Shown one piece after another: positions 24,786-35,900 of a stretch of DNA of 64,000 nucleotides. The DNA is from Oculina patagonica (taxonomy: Eukaryota): contig NC_135759.1 in the NCBI RefSeq assembly GCF_052425735.1, forward strand, positions 29,512,001 to 29,576,000. The letters are read 5' to 3'. Below the pieces are notes generated by a model. That model worked only from the letters and a program-made list of their open reading frames with translations, did not search any database and was not told where the DNA came from. Both the position numbers and the translations under genes were made by a program. How positions within the stretch are numbered: position 1 is the stretch's first letter; each line of letters begins with the position of its first letter.

Positions 24786-24888
24786 TAAGGGAGGTATACA
24801 GTAACACGCCGATCACTTTCGCTACCATCTCTTTGATGTCCTCTCGCTTCTGAAGTTATCTGACCACGTCACATCATATTGGATACAC

Positions 24889-25822
24889 GTGTATTTACTT
24901 TCTCACTTTTCATCTCCAGATGTTGTTAACATTTATCAACAGCATTTAGGCTATAACACTACGAAAAACCAGCTACTATGGTCTGGTTCGGGCGACGTTT
25001 TGAGTAACTTTATTCGATTCATTCTGGATGAGATCGACGAATGCTCAATAACAACTGCGGAAGATCAAACTCACAATCTTATAACCTACAAAGCCAAAGA
25101 TGTGATAGTCAAATGGTATACGGCTACTAAAACTCTCCTAATTCAAGGCGCTGGACATGCAAGTTTCACAGAAATTTTTTTTCGAGTCTTCAACCTGATA
25201 CCTCAAATTGAATTACAAGATTCCATTTGCTACTTCTTATGGAGGGGATACCTTCCCATCTTCAGTTTCTATCACTACTTTTGAGGAAAATGTTTCTCCT
25301 CTGCATAAATGCAGCTGTGACTCAGTTTTAAACGAGCTAAGCTCCATGAAGAATTCCATTCCTGAGCTGTCGAAGCGAGTTGCTCAATTTTCGAACCTCG
25401 ACCCGCCGTCATTGTCTTCATCGACTGGCCAGGGCAGGGAGCATCTTTTACATTCTATCAGCGATTTAAAGAAGGAAAGTACTAGTTTAAAATCTGAACT
25501 AAGGGATCAAACTAAAGCCAACAAACTGCTTGAAATGAAAAGAGATAGCCTTTCAACAGCGCTTCGGCTTCTACAAGAAGATCAATTAAAAGCAACATCT
25601 CATGCCAAAGGTCACATCAATGCTGGCACGACGTCGCCACCTACTGAGAATATTCCTGAAACAGAATGTTTAATTATTGACTCTAATTACAATCTTGCCA
25701 ACCTTGGCTATTCTCCTGAGATCAGGTTAGGTGATACAAGTATAAAACGAGTCTACTCTGCTAAATCGCTTGGTGTTTATATTGATGATCGTTTATCATG
25801 GTCCACTCATATTAACCATGTG
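24889..25822 (+). pseudogene. Internally deleted LINE (CR1/L2-like): ORF1-like region joined to an RT C-terminal fragment
   Basis: ORF1-like LLWSG...VKWYTATKTLLIQG and a coiled coil ending RDSLSTALRLLQED, joined to IRLGDTSIKRVYSAKSLGVYIDDRLSWSTHINHV, typical of the post-RT region. Confidence 0.65.
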
Positions 25823-25845
25823 GAAAAAAGAGAGGTTGATGTTGC

Positions 25846-25955
25846 TGTAGCATTTGTTGTAAACTTAGGTCAGCGGTCTACATTGGGCGCATGCTCATGG
25901 TAATAAAACGTGTTCTGTACATCCGCCATCTTGTGTTGTGTTCCTTTACACTTCA
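25846..25955 (+). repeat. 5' LTR (110 bp)
   Basis: Matches the 3' LTR except for a 3-bp indel and one substitution; contains aataaa. Confidence 0.95.
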
Positions 25956-25973
25956 TGGTGTCAGAAGCGGGAT
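25956..25973 (+). promoter_or_regulatory. Primer binding site (tRNA-Leu-like)
   Basis: tggtgtcagaagcgggat directly follows the LTR and is complementary to a tRNA-Leu(CAA)-type 3' end (...cttctgacacca). Confidence 0.75.
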
Positions 25974-27033
25974 GGAGCACCTAAAACCGCCCGAAGCTCT
26001 CATACTGAGTGCGGCGACGAATAAAGCCGAGGCATGGCGGCGTTGGAAGATGTCCTGGGAGTTGTACAAAGTGGCAAGTGGTCTCGATAAGAAGGATGAA
26101 AAAATTCAAGTCGCCACGTTGCTCCATGTGCTTGGAAAGGAATGTGTGGAGGTCTATTCAAATTTTGTTTGGGAAGACGAAGGTGATCTTAACAAAATAG
26201 CGGTAGTGGAGGAGAAATTCAAGGCTTATTGTGCGCCATTAACATCAAGGCACTTTAATCGCCATTTGTTTGTCGAACGCAAACAGCAAGACGGCGAGAC
26301 AGTCGACGAATTTTGCAGCGCTTTGAAAACACTTGCCAAGAATTGTGATCTCGGCGACAAAGAAGAATCCTGGGTAACGATGTTAGTTCTGGGCCTCAAG
26401 GACCCGAGTGCAAAGGAGAAACTTATGGAAAGTGATCAGAATCTTGAAAGAACATTACAAGCCGCCCGTATCTCCGAAACAAGTAAACAACACATGAAGA
26501 CTTTAAAGGACGAGAGCAGCAAAGTCGAGAAAGTGGATTCAGTAGACAGTTCAGGTCGTAAGCATCAAGGTGGTATGGCGTGCAGGAACTGTGGTATTTT
26601 GCATGGGCTTGGGAGAGGTTTATGCCCTGTAGCTGGTAAACAATGCCACAAGTGTAAGAAGATGAATCATTTTGCAAGGATGTGCCAAAGCTCAGGAGGA
26701 CAAAAACAGCAGGTAAACACAGTTTATGATTTTGACTCTGACTCTGAGACTATGTTTATTGGTTCAGTCAACTCGGGGGACCAAGACTGGGTTGAAACAG
26801 TAGATTTTGGCAATGTTAAAGAGGTGTTTAAGCTAGACACTGGTGCCCAGTGTAATGTTTTGCCAAAAACTGTGTATGACAAGATCACAACTATGCCTTT
26901 GCTACCATCCTCTGCAAGACTAGAAAGTTATTCGAAGACCTCTATAGAACCAGTTGGAAAATGTGAGTTGACATGTTGTGTGCGGGGGCAGAAACATCAA
27001 GTCTTATTTCAAGTAGTAGATGGCAGTTATTAA
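25972..27033 (+). CDS. gag: Gag plus aspartic protease
   Basis: MEHLKPP...; two zinc knuckles (CRNCGILH...C, CHKCKKMNHFARMC); protease motif FKLDTGAQCN. Confidence 0.9.
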   Translation: MEHLKPPEALILSAATNKAEAWRRWKMSWELYKVASGLDKKDEKIQVATLLHVLGKECVEVYSNFVWEDEGDLNKIAVVEEKFKAYCAPLTSRHFNRHLFVERKQQDGETVDEFCSALKTLAKNCDLGDKEESWVTMLVLGLKDPSAKEKLMESDQNLERTLQAARISETSKQHMKTLKDESSKVEKVDSVDSSGRKHQGGMACRNCGILHGLGRGLCPVAGKQCHKCKKMNHFARMCQSSGGQKQQVNTVYDFDSDSETMFIGSVNSGDQDWVETVDFGNVKEVFKLDTGAQCNVLPKTVYDKITTMPLLPSSARLESYSKTSIEPVGKCELTCCVRGQKHQVLFQVVDGSY

Positions 27034-29348
27034 CTCCCCTCCTAGGTCGGGCTTCCCGTGAACAGATGGGTTTAATACAACGCATAAACACTATCAGTAG
27101 CAGAAGTATAAGGGATGAATTTCCAGACGTATTCCAAGGGCTGGGATGCCTACCCGGGAAATATCACATCAGCATTGACCCTTCTGTCTCACCTGTCATC
27201 CACCCACCCAGAAGAGTTCCTCACTCAAAACGGGACCCGTTGAAAAAAGAGCTAGACCGCATGGAAAGTGTTGGCATAATTGAGAAAGTGCCCTTAAATG
27301 AACCAGCAGATTGGGTTAGCAGTCTTGTGTGTGTTGATAAACCAGATGGGTCCATTCGGGTGTGCCTTGATCCAAGGGATCTTAACAAAGCCATTAAGAG
27401 GGAACATTACCCACTTCCATTAGTGGAAGATATCACAGCCAGTTGCGCAGGAGCTACATTGTTTTCAACCTTGGATGCTGAAAAGGCTTTCCACCAAATT
27501 CAGTTGGATGAGGAGAGTAGCAAACTTTTGACATTTAATACACCTTTCGGGAGGTATCGTTACCTGAGGATGCCAATGGGTATCAAGTCTGCCCCAGAAG
27601 TGTACCAATGCAGAATGGAGCAAGTGTTCGAAGGGCTCACAGGAGTCAAAGTTATCATGGATGACATAATTTTGCATGGAAGCAGCAAGGAAGAACATGA
27701 TACCCATCTGAGGGCTGTTTTACAGCGTGCCCGAGACAACAATCTGCGATTAAAGAAGTCCAAGTGTCATATCGAGCAGGAAGAGGTGAAGTTTCACGGG
27801 CACGTTTTCACAAAGGATGGGTTGAAGTCTGATCCAGAGAAAGTAAGAGCAGTGGTCGAGATGCCAAGGCCGGCTGACAAGGCTGGTGTTCAGAGACTGT
27901 TGGGCATGGTTAACTATGTCAGCAAGTTTATTCCAAACATGTCAGACCTTACTGCACCCCTAAGACAGCTGTTACATCAGGATGTAGAGTGGCACTGGGA
28001 AGAGCAGCACGAGGCCAGTTTCAAGAAAGTCAAGGAAGCTCTTGCTCTCTCGCCTGTGTTGGGGTACTACGATGCTAAGAAAGAGTTAACCCTCCAAGTG
28101 GATGCCAGCTCAACAGGTCTGGGTGCAGCACTGATTCAAGAAGGGCAACCCATAGCGTACGCTTCAAAGGCACTCACGCCCACCCAACAGAAGTACGCCC
28201 AAATTGAAAAAGAACTCTTGGCTGTGGTATTCGGGTGTGCGAAATTCCAAGAGTATATCGTGGGTCGTACGGTCACCATTGAAACGGATCACAAGCCTTT
28301 AGAGTCAATCATCAAAAAGCCCTTACATGCATCACCATTGCGCCTGCAAAGGATGCTCGTTCAACTCCAACGCTACCCAGAAATTAACCTGGTCTACAAG
28401 CGTGGTGTAAGTCTACATTTAGCAGATGCCCTGTCCAGAGCTCATCTGGAGGAACAGCTGACGAATGCTGAACAGTTAGATGTAAACTTAGTGGAACACA
28501 TGATCTCAGACCCACAGTTGGTCAGGTTCGTGGAAGAAACTAAAGAAGATGAAATCCTTCCTGAGCTGCAAGAAGTAATTTTGTCCGGTTGGCCAGAGTC
28601 GAGAGGTCAGGTGCCAGCAAAGCTGCAGGAGTTCTGGAATTACAGGGATGAGCTCACTGTATACCATGGGTTGGTATTGAAGGGCCAGAAGATCTTCACA
28701 CCTAAACGTCTAAGGGGAGAGATGCTAGAGAAATTACACGATGGACACTTGGGTATTGGCAAAACACTAATGAAAGCACGTGATGTCTTGTTCTGGCCAG
28801 GCATGGCTGCAGAAATAACTGAGAAAATCAAGAAGTGTCCAGTGTGTCTAGAGAATCGGCCAAGTCAGCAGTCTGAACCGCTAAAGTCACACGAGATTCC
28901 GCTACTGCCTTGGGCTAAGGTTGGCACAGACCTTCTGTACAAAAACGGTAGGAACTACCTTGTAACCATTGATTATTACTCCAAGTGGCCAGAACTGACC
29001 TTGCTTAACTCTATGACCAGCACTTCAGTCATTACAGCCTTAAAGTCTCAATTTGCAAGGTATGGTGTCCCATCAGTCGTCATGTCTGACAACGGTCCAT
29101 GTTACAGTTCTGAGGAGTTTAAGCAGTTTTCACAAGATTGGTGTTTTCAGCATGTCACATCTAGTCCTGGCTACCCACAGTCTAATGGTCAGTCAGAGAA
29201 AACGGTCCAAACCCTCAAAGCTATGCTGGAGAAGGCTGATGACCCATACAAAGCCCTTCTTTCATACAGAAATACGCCTTTGGAAGGTGTAAATTTGTCG
29301 CCAGCTCAGATGCTTATGGATAGACGTCTGAGAACCCCATCCCTGTAA
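27030..29348 (+). CDS. pol: Pol (RT, RNase H, integrase), frameshifted relative to gag-pro
   Basis: IRVCLDPRDLN, RMPMGI, IMDDII, VDASSTGLGA, ETDHKPL, LHDGHLG...CPVC, SDNGP, GYPQSNGQSE. Confidence 0.92.
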   Translation, partial: LTPLLGRASREQMGLIQRINTISSRSIRDEFPDVFQGLGCLPGKYHISIDPSVSPVIHPPRRVPHSKRDPLKKELDRMESVGIIEKVPLNEPADWVSSLVCVDKPDGSIRVCLDPRDLNKAIKREHYPLPLVEDITASCAGATLFSTLDAEKAFHQIQLDEESSKLLTFNTPFGRYRYLRMPMGIKSAPEVYQCRMEQVFEGLTGVKVIMDDIILHGSSKEEHDTHLRAVLQRARDNNLRLKKSKCHIEQEEVKFHGHVFTKDGLKSDPEKVRAVVEMPRPADKAGVQRLLGMVNYVSKFIPNMSDLTAPLRQLLHQDVEWHWEEQHEASFKKVKEALALSPVLGYYDAKKELTLQVDASSTGLGAALIQEGQPIAYASKALTPTQQKYAQIEKELLAVVFGCAKFQEYIVGRTVTIETDHKPLESIIKKPLHASPLRLQRMLVQLQRYPEINLVYKRGVSLHLADALSRAHLEEQLTNAEQLDVNLVEHMISDPQLVRFVEETKEDEILPELQEVILSGWPESRGQVPAKLQEFWNYRDELTVYHGLVLKGQKIFTPKRLRGEMLEKLHDGHLGIGKTLMKARDVLFWPGMAAEITEKIKKCPVCLENRPSQQSEPLKSHEIPLLPWAKVGTDLLYKNGRNYLVTIDYYSKWPELTLLNSMTSTSVITALKSQFARYGVPSVVMSDNGPCYSSEEFKQFSQDWCFQHVTSSPGYPQSNGQSEKTVQTLKAMLEKADDPYKALLSYRNTPLEGVNLSPAQMLMDRRLRTPSL

Positions 29349-29356
29349 CTGAGGAT

Positions 29357-29800
29357 ATGTTGAAACCCCAACTGTATGACCCTGAAGAAGTGCTCCCAAA
29401 ACTTAAGGAAAGGCAAAGAAAGCAAAAAATGCACCATGACAAGACAGCTAAGGAATTGCCACCTCTGAAGGAAGGTGAGGTTGTGAGAGTAAAGGAAGGC
29501 AGAAAGTGGAACCCGGCCAGAGTCACACAAGTTCTTCCTTCACCTAGATCCTATAAGGTGGAAACAGAGAATGGAGAGTACCGAAGAAATCGTCGGCATC
29601 TGTTAAAGACTGGAGAGTCACAAACACAAGATGTCACAACTGATGATGACCTAACCGAAACAGGATCAGAGTCAACTTCTGTTGCAGCTACCCCTGAGCA
29701 TCCTGAAACGCAACTGGTTGTAACGCCAACCACTACTACCACTCGATCTGGTAGGACAATCCGTGAGCCTGAGAGATTTAAAGACTATGTTAAGTACTAG
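29357..29800 (+). CDS. Integrase C-terminal tail, separated from pol by a frameshift
   Basis: LPPLKEGEVVRV...W.PARV...PRSYKV...YRRNRRHL...TRSGR..R.PERFKDYV, a typical Gypsy IN tail. Confidence 0.8.
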   Translation: MLKPQLYDPEEVLPKLKERQRKQKMHHDKTAKELPPLKEGEVVRVKEGRKWNPARVTQVLPSPRSYKVETENGEYRRNRRHLLKTGESQTQDVTTDDDLTETGSESTSVAATPEHPETQLVVTPTTTTTRSGRTIREPERFKDYVKY

Positions 29801-29944
29801 AGACAGTGTGAACTCTTAGTATACTTATATTAACTTTGTTTGTTGAGTTTACAAGTTAAGGACCATTTTGCTTAGTCACAGTTCAGTCATTAAGTCTCGT
29901 TTTGTTTTTGTTATTCCTTTGTAACGTTCGTAAAAAAAGGGGGA

Positions 29945-30057
29945 TGTACAAGCATTTGTTGTAAGCTTAGGTCAGCGGTCTACATTGGGCGCATGCTCAT
30001 GGTAATAAAACGTGTTCTGTACATCCGCCATCTTGTGTTGTGTTCCTTTACACTTCA
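29945..30057 (+). repeat. 3' LTR (113 bp)
   Basis: Follows the polypurine tract and ends ...cttca before the TSD. Confidence 0.95.
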
Positions 30058-30945
30058 GTTGCTGTTTCCACCATGAAGAAAAATGCCATATTGTTATCAT
30101 CCTCCAGAGTTTACATATCAAGTCACAAGATGCAGCTAAATAACATAACTTCTGCCCCATCCATGAGACTTCATCAAGTAAATGGCAACAGGATTATGCT
30201 ACTGGAACATCCCCTTTCAAAGAAAATGAATGTTTACCTCAGGTGTTCTTTGAACTGTTGAAAAAAACCTTTTTTTCTCAACCTCTCAAAAGACTGAGTG
30301 AAACAAAGCTTCTTGAAAGGTGTGTGCTGGCACCACCCAAAATTGCAAGGAGTGTATCAACTCACTGGTGTGGGCACATTGTCCAAAACACAGTTGCTTT
30401 TGTTGTCTGCCGCTTGTTGCCAGCAGGGAAAGATTTACGAAAAGACTATCAATACCAACCGGGGAGTATAGCAGAAAGGCCCCACGTCAAAAGGGTAAAA
30501 GACAGTTAAGACAATCAAACTCTCATGTCTCTGTGAAAAAGAAGGCAAGCGTAGCCGAGTGGTTTAGGGCGCTAGTATTGTAATACGGAGGTCAACGGTT
30601 CAAGACCTGCCATTGCCACTAGCTGGATTTGTTTCTCGGTTGTCCTGAGTTCAAATCCTCGACCACGCTTTGTACATAGCCAACTGGTCTGCCTCCTGCC
30701 AGTTGGGATTTTTAACCTTGTTATGTTCATTTAAAAGTATTTGTTTCCTCTGTTTCAGTGGCATGCCTGTAAACTAGCTATCTAGTCGAGATATGAAGCT
30801 AAGTGCATGACCACTATAAACATAATATTTTTTTTTATATTTAAAAAGAAAAAGTGCCGGCAAGGATTACAATTGATGCGAACATGCGGAGAAGCCCTAC
30901 GGGGAGGATGAGGGTGTAACTTATAAAGCTACAGGGTTGTAGACA
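30058..30945 (+). pseudogene. Kolobok-like DNA transposase C-terminal remnant, interrupted by the Gypsy element and a SINE
   Basis: KRLSETKLLERCV.GTTQNCKECINSLVWAHCPKH (TQNxNExxN-type motif) and tail ...EGVTYKATG. Reading EKREVDV/AVSTMKKN is continuous across the Gypsy TSD. Confidence 0.6.
30545..30842 (+). mobile_element. tRNA-derived SINE
   Basis: gcgtagccgagtggtttagggcgc (A box), ggttcaagac (B box), SINE body and AT-rich tail; aaaaagaa on both sides is a possible TSD. Confidence 0.8.
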
Positions 30946-31338
30946 ACTGAAATAAACATTGAAAAGATAAGTAAATGGTGAATTAATAAATAAATGAGTA
31001 AAATCTAAATAGTGTATTAAAAGTATTTTTTTGCAACGAAGATAATAAACTCAAGGCCCCATTTCAATCTAATCCAGTGAAGGCGAACAGAGTAAAGATT
31101 TGAACATTGACAAAAAATCTGGCCAATCAAATCAACTGTAGTTAAATCCCTTACAACAGTTAAACTTGTAAGAAAATAGTTATGACTTTATTGTTAAATG
31201 AATCATAATATATTGTCAAACTTTAAAAAAAAGTGTAAAAAATGTTAAAATATGTTTGTATCAAAGATATTAAAATATCATGACCCAAAATGTGTTAAAA
31301 TTGTTTCCAATTGAAATATACTAGAATTTTATTTTTAT

Positions 31339-31701
31339 TTGGTGGCCGATAGCGCTTATTTTTTAGCTCCCTGGTTACAAAAAGTTTACCCTGAAGGAAC
31401 GCGAGATCCAGATGAAATTGCATTTAATAAGGAACTTTCTTCGGCCAGAGTTTCCGTGGAGTGCGCGTTTGGAATTCTCAAAAGTTGTTGGCGTATTTTA
31501 ACAAAGCAAATCGAAAGCGGTGTTGGTTCTGGGAGTGATACAGTTCTAGCATGTGCTGTTTTACACAATTTCTGCATTAATGCTGGAGATGAATGGGAAT
31601 GGGATGATGGTGACGACGGCGAAGGAAATGATAATGATGGGAACGTTTTACGGGATGGCGATGATATCAGAGAACTACTGAAAGAGTACATTGCCATGTA
31701 A
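31339..31701 (+). pseudogene. Harbinger/PIF transposase (DDE_Tnp_4) C-terminal fragment
   Basis: VADSAY...W...FNKELSSARVSVECAFGILKSCWRIL...ACAVLHNFC; 5' end truncated. Confidence 0.88.
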
Positions 31702-31992
31702 TTTCATTTAATCGGTTATCTTTACAAAATCACATGTTGTTTCGACCTATTTTCGTTTTGTTCATGTTTTCCTGATAATATAAACTTTTTATAAGCTCTG
31801 TCATCTAAAATATAGCATTGCTTTAAACTGCTACTTGATATTAAAATGTAAATAGATTATCAATACACCAATCGATTATCTCGCAGCTCTTTACAATAAA
31901 TGCTCAAAAAACAACATAACGTTCTATATAAACCGAATACAATGTCCTTGGCTAGGATTGCACCTATACCGCAAGCGAATCTCCCACAGTTT

Positions 31993-32958
31993 TCAGAGTA
32001 AATGTTTAAAAACAGAATAAATATTCCCTTTAATTTTTTCTATGGCCTTGGTCAGAGCCGCGAGGAAACCAGTCATGGCCTGACTTTGCTCTCGTTGAAT
32101 TTCTTGCATTTGCTCTACAGCATTTGCAAATCTATCACCCTGGCGCTCCACTCTTTCAGTGAATCTAGCAAAATCCTCAGAATCATCGTTCTCCAGGCTT
32201 CTCTTGCGCCCTTTCCCCTTTCCTTTTGCCTTCTTCCTCTCGCTCCGGCTCTTGACTTTGATTCCCATCCCTTTAAGGGCTTCCTCCGCCTGATCCGAGG
32301 TATATCGCTCCTCCTCGTCACCAGCAGGCAAGTCAGGCAATTTCTCCTTGTTTTTCTCAGCTGCATTTGCTGTTTCCCGCACGTGCTTCAGAGTAACAAC
32401 ATCTCTCCCTCCGAGCACGCGGTCAAGGACATCAAAGTGTTCACAGGTCTCGTTATTTCCTCCGGTCTGCGATCGATTCCAGTCTTTGGCCTCTTTGTAC
32501 TTCTTTTTTAAGTGCTTAATTTTTTGGTTCGCATTGACTTGCAAGGCGCGTGAGGTTGAACTGCTCATTTATTTTTGAGGCGATTTCTGCCCACACTTTC
32601 CTTGCTTGTTGGCTCTCCAGCCTCGAAATATTTTCCTCCCACAGATCCACAAGGTATTTCACTTGCTTCTCTGTCCATCTGTCTTGTGTCGTAGTCTTGC
32701 CCTGCTTCTTATTTCTTCCAGTTGAAGTGGACTCACTGACGTGCTGGCAATCCCCGCGTTCGTCGGAGTGCTAGCTCCACTGCCACTGCTTCCCGCCTCG
32801 GACTGAGGACTGCCATTGATTTGTCTTGGCAGAGAACTGGTAGCAGCATGGGGCAACGGGGAATTCTGATACGGATACGACTCATAAAAAATGTAGAAAA
32901 AATAACCCGGAGGGTAGCAAAAGGGAAAGCTGTTTGGCGGGCTGTTTGGATCCGACAT
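31993..32958 (-). pseudogene. Harbinger Myb/SANT-like DNA-binding protein (frameshifted)
   Basis: Across frames: RWTEKQVKYLVDLWEEN...VWAEIASKI...KIKHLKKKYKEAKDWNRSQTGG...FDVLDRVLG; convergent with the transposase, as in Harbinger elements. Confidence 0.8.
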
Positions 32959-35900
32959 ATTGCAAACTGAAGAACGCCGGAAAACACAAAGGTCACGTTC
33001 TATTGTAACATAAGAACGGGAATTAAACCCTGCTACTCGTCATTTTTGTCCTGCCTCGGAGCAGGTCATCAGAGCCTTTGAAGTTTGCCCGTCCTCTGGA
33101 ATGTTTGGCTGACACGAAAATATGTGATCGCACTAGGACAAGTCAAGCAACGACAGATTTTTGACATAAAGTAAACAAGTTTTGATTTGTCTGGCTCTAG
33201 TGCGATTCGGTCCTTAGTAGACTTTAAATTGCCAAGGGAATTGAAATTGCTAAATGAATATGCCCCACAAAAAAAAAACGTTCTTCAAGCTGTCTAAAAA
33301 AAACCAGTTGTGTGGAGCAGATCTGTGGAACTTTTTAACATAAGATACGAATGGATGGTTTGTAATGTCAAGAATTCTTATGGTGATCATTGCAACGTGG
33401 AAAAGCTGGACTGTGTGGGGGATGTGCAAAATTAAAGAACAGGGGAAGGAACCTCATGAATCTTGAAGCAGAGACCAAATGGAAACTTGCAGATGGCAAA
33501 CCCAATGAAGAATCTGGTCGACTGAGTGAGAGCCGGATCAAGACTTTCAAGAATACTATGGTCTTGTAATTAGGAAAAATACATTTTCCATTTAGCCAGA
33601 AAAACATGCAATACAGCGCAAAACTTATCATCACAGTGATTGGAGCATAGTGGTGCTTCTTGGATCTTCAAAGGACGTTATTAAGGCAAGCAAGAGAAGA
33701 ATGGGGCCAGCCGTAGTTGACGCTAACCGATGTAATCCCTTGAGCTTGGAGAAGAAAAAAAAAAGGATCGCTCAAGTAACGTGAGTAAACCAGGAAGTGC
33801 AGAAATTAATGAAGTCTGTAAAGAGAGTTTTAAAGAAAAGTTTTCAACCGATAAGATTTAGGAAGTAAAAAGCAAGCCAATCCGAGAGACAAAACCAGTA
33901 TGGCTAAAGTTGATACATCCGTTGAAGTGGATTTATCAGAAGAAGAGAATCGCTTCATGAGTTACCATTAACTTTTTGTTCTTATATTGATCAAGTCCTG
34001 CCGCAGCAAGCGGACTGTCAGTGTTACAGTAAATTGTGTACCAAAGAGCTGAGAAGAATTCCCACAGCATTTTCCAGTCCAGACCAAGTCAACAGTACCA
34101 ACCGAGAAGCAATTGATATCAGTATTGACCAGAACGAAGGACCATCCATTGTTCAATCAAATTACCAGTTCAGCAAATTTTCCGTAGCCCACGTGAAGCA
34201 AGCGAGAGAAGTTCATTAGAAGATATCACGCCGATCGAGTCCAGGCAGTTACAGAGTGGTCCACGCATCACTTTAGAGGTCCAAGAGATCAGCGAACCCA
34301 GTGAAAAAGAAGCCAACAGACTGAATCAACGCCAAGAAACAAGCTTCGCTGGCCAAACAAAACTGATAATTAATTCACAAGGGAACACTCACAACCAAGT
34401 GACAAAAAGCATAAATTACAAAAGATCAAAACAAAACGGAACAAGACCTCACAGCGACTTTGTCTCCAGAGATGAATTAGTACACACCGAAACAGTGAGC
34501 GAGAAGATTCAGAAAGCAGAAAAAGTTGCAAAAACGAGGAAGATAACTCAAACAATAAAGAAATATGCATAGAAAATAAAATGGAAAACAAACAACAAAA
34601 AAGGACCAAATTACTGAATCAGCCACCATGGAAGCAGCAGCATTTAGAGAATTACAGGATCAGGTAGCTACTCTACAACGCCAGTTAAGATTGCAGCACC
34701 AGCAAACAACCAGCACCTAAGAGCAAGCACCACTTCCAGAAACAGTCAGCACACTAAGATAATAAATAGTTTATGAGTATGATTATTATCATCTCAAGGC
34801 ACCATCTCAACCTAATTCAGGAGAAGGCGAAAGAAACAAAGATTTGAACATTGAGCAAAAAATCTGGCCAATCAAATCAACTTTTAAACCATTTAAATTC
34901 TGATCAGTTATTTCTGTAAATCTTAATCATAAAACGACCTCTTCATTTCCTTGTCCATTAAACCATCAATTTTGCATGTAATTGGAATTGTTGATTGACA
35001 AGGAAAAGACAAGAAAGAAAAAGGAAGGAAGGAAGCGAAAAAGAATAGAAGTTAAGAGGCGCCATTAACCCCGAATTCATGAAAGGTTAGAAGAAGAAAT
35101 ATTAGAAAAAAATGTCAAGAGCACAAAATCATTTTGAAGCATTGTACGAACGAACACATTAAAGATTTGCTCTGCAAAATCGAAATAGCTGCTCACCAAC
35201 CGTTGTAAATGTGAAAGGACAGAATAGAAGTGGAATTAAAGGCCTCGAGATTATTCTTAAGGCGAATTTTTCATTTTTTATCGACAAACAAAGTAGAAAA
35301 AAAAATAAAAGTTACGTTTTTGCCCTTGTTTTTTTTTTTCATACTCAAACCTTGGGCACGGTTTTTTTCTACACCTCCTTCCCTCCCTGGGAATTCGAAT
35401 AAACTGCTGTTGGAACCAAGTTCTATTTCATCCATGATGTCCATAAGATCACTGAAGTAGTTCTTGTACATGTGTACCTGGAATTTGTGACAAGATTCCG
35501 TCCTTGCAAACCAAGTTGTGTTCTACCGAGCATATTTCACCCCGTATTTCAGTGAGTTTTAACGCATTTCCTGCCAAAGTCTAGAAGTTGCCCGTTTAGT
35601 CTGAAAAATTCACTTTCAAGCAAAACACCTATCGTCATAAAATCCAGTTCAGCCTTGCTTCTGGGACAACTCCATCTGGAGTTCAACTCGATAACAAATC
35701 AGGCCACCGTGTTACCCGAACTCTCAATCAACCCAATCATAACAACAACAAAAAATCAGTGAATTGCTGATTAGATTCACTGCAACATTCAAGTTACCAC
35801 GTTACCATTTTCAAGCTTGGGTTTGGTTTTTCTTGTTTTTTGTTTTCTTGTTTTTTTGTTTTAGTTCTTTCCCAGGGAATTCAGCACGAGAATGGATGCT

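Larger units (their letters stand above)
25846..30057 (+). mobile_element. Full-length Ty3/Gypsy LTR retrotransposon (4212 bp, short LTRs)
   Basis: TG...CA LTRs at 25846-25955 and 29945-30057; 5-bp TSD gttgc (25841-25845 and 30058-30062); PBS tggtgtcagaagcggg; PPT aaaaaaagggggga; gag-pro-RT-RH-IN order. Confidence 0.97.

Noticed and set aside
25208-25903. 231-aa ORF as a host gene
   Set aside because: It is a chimera of LINE ORF1, LINE RT tail, transposase remnant and Gypsy LTR.
27020-27040. Programmed -1 gag-pol frameshift
   Set aside because: The break is at the end of the protease, has no canonical slippery heptamer, and looks like a TA duplication.
30545-30620. tRNA gene
   Set aside because: A and B boxes are present, but the sequence continues into a SINE body and lacks a proper acceptor stem; the same applies at ~10400 and ~5830.
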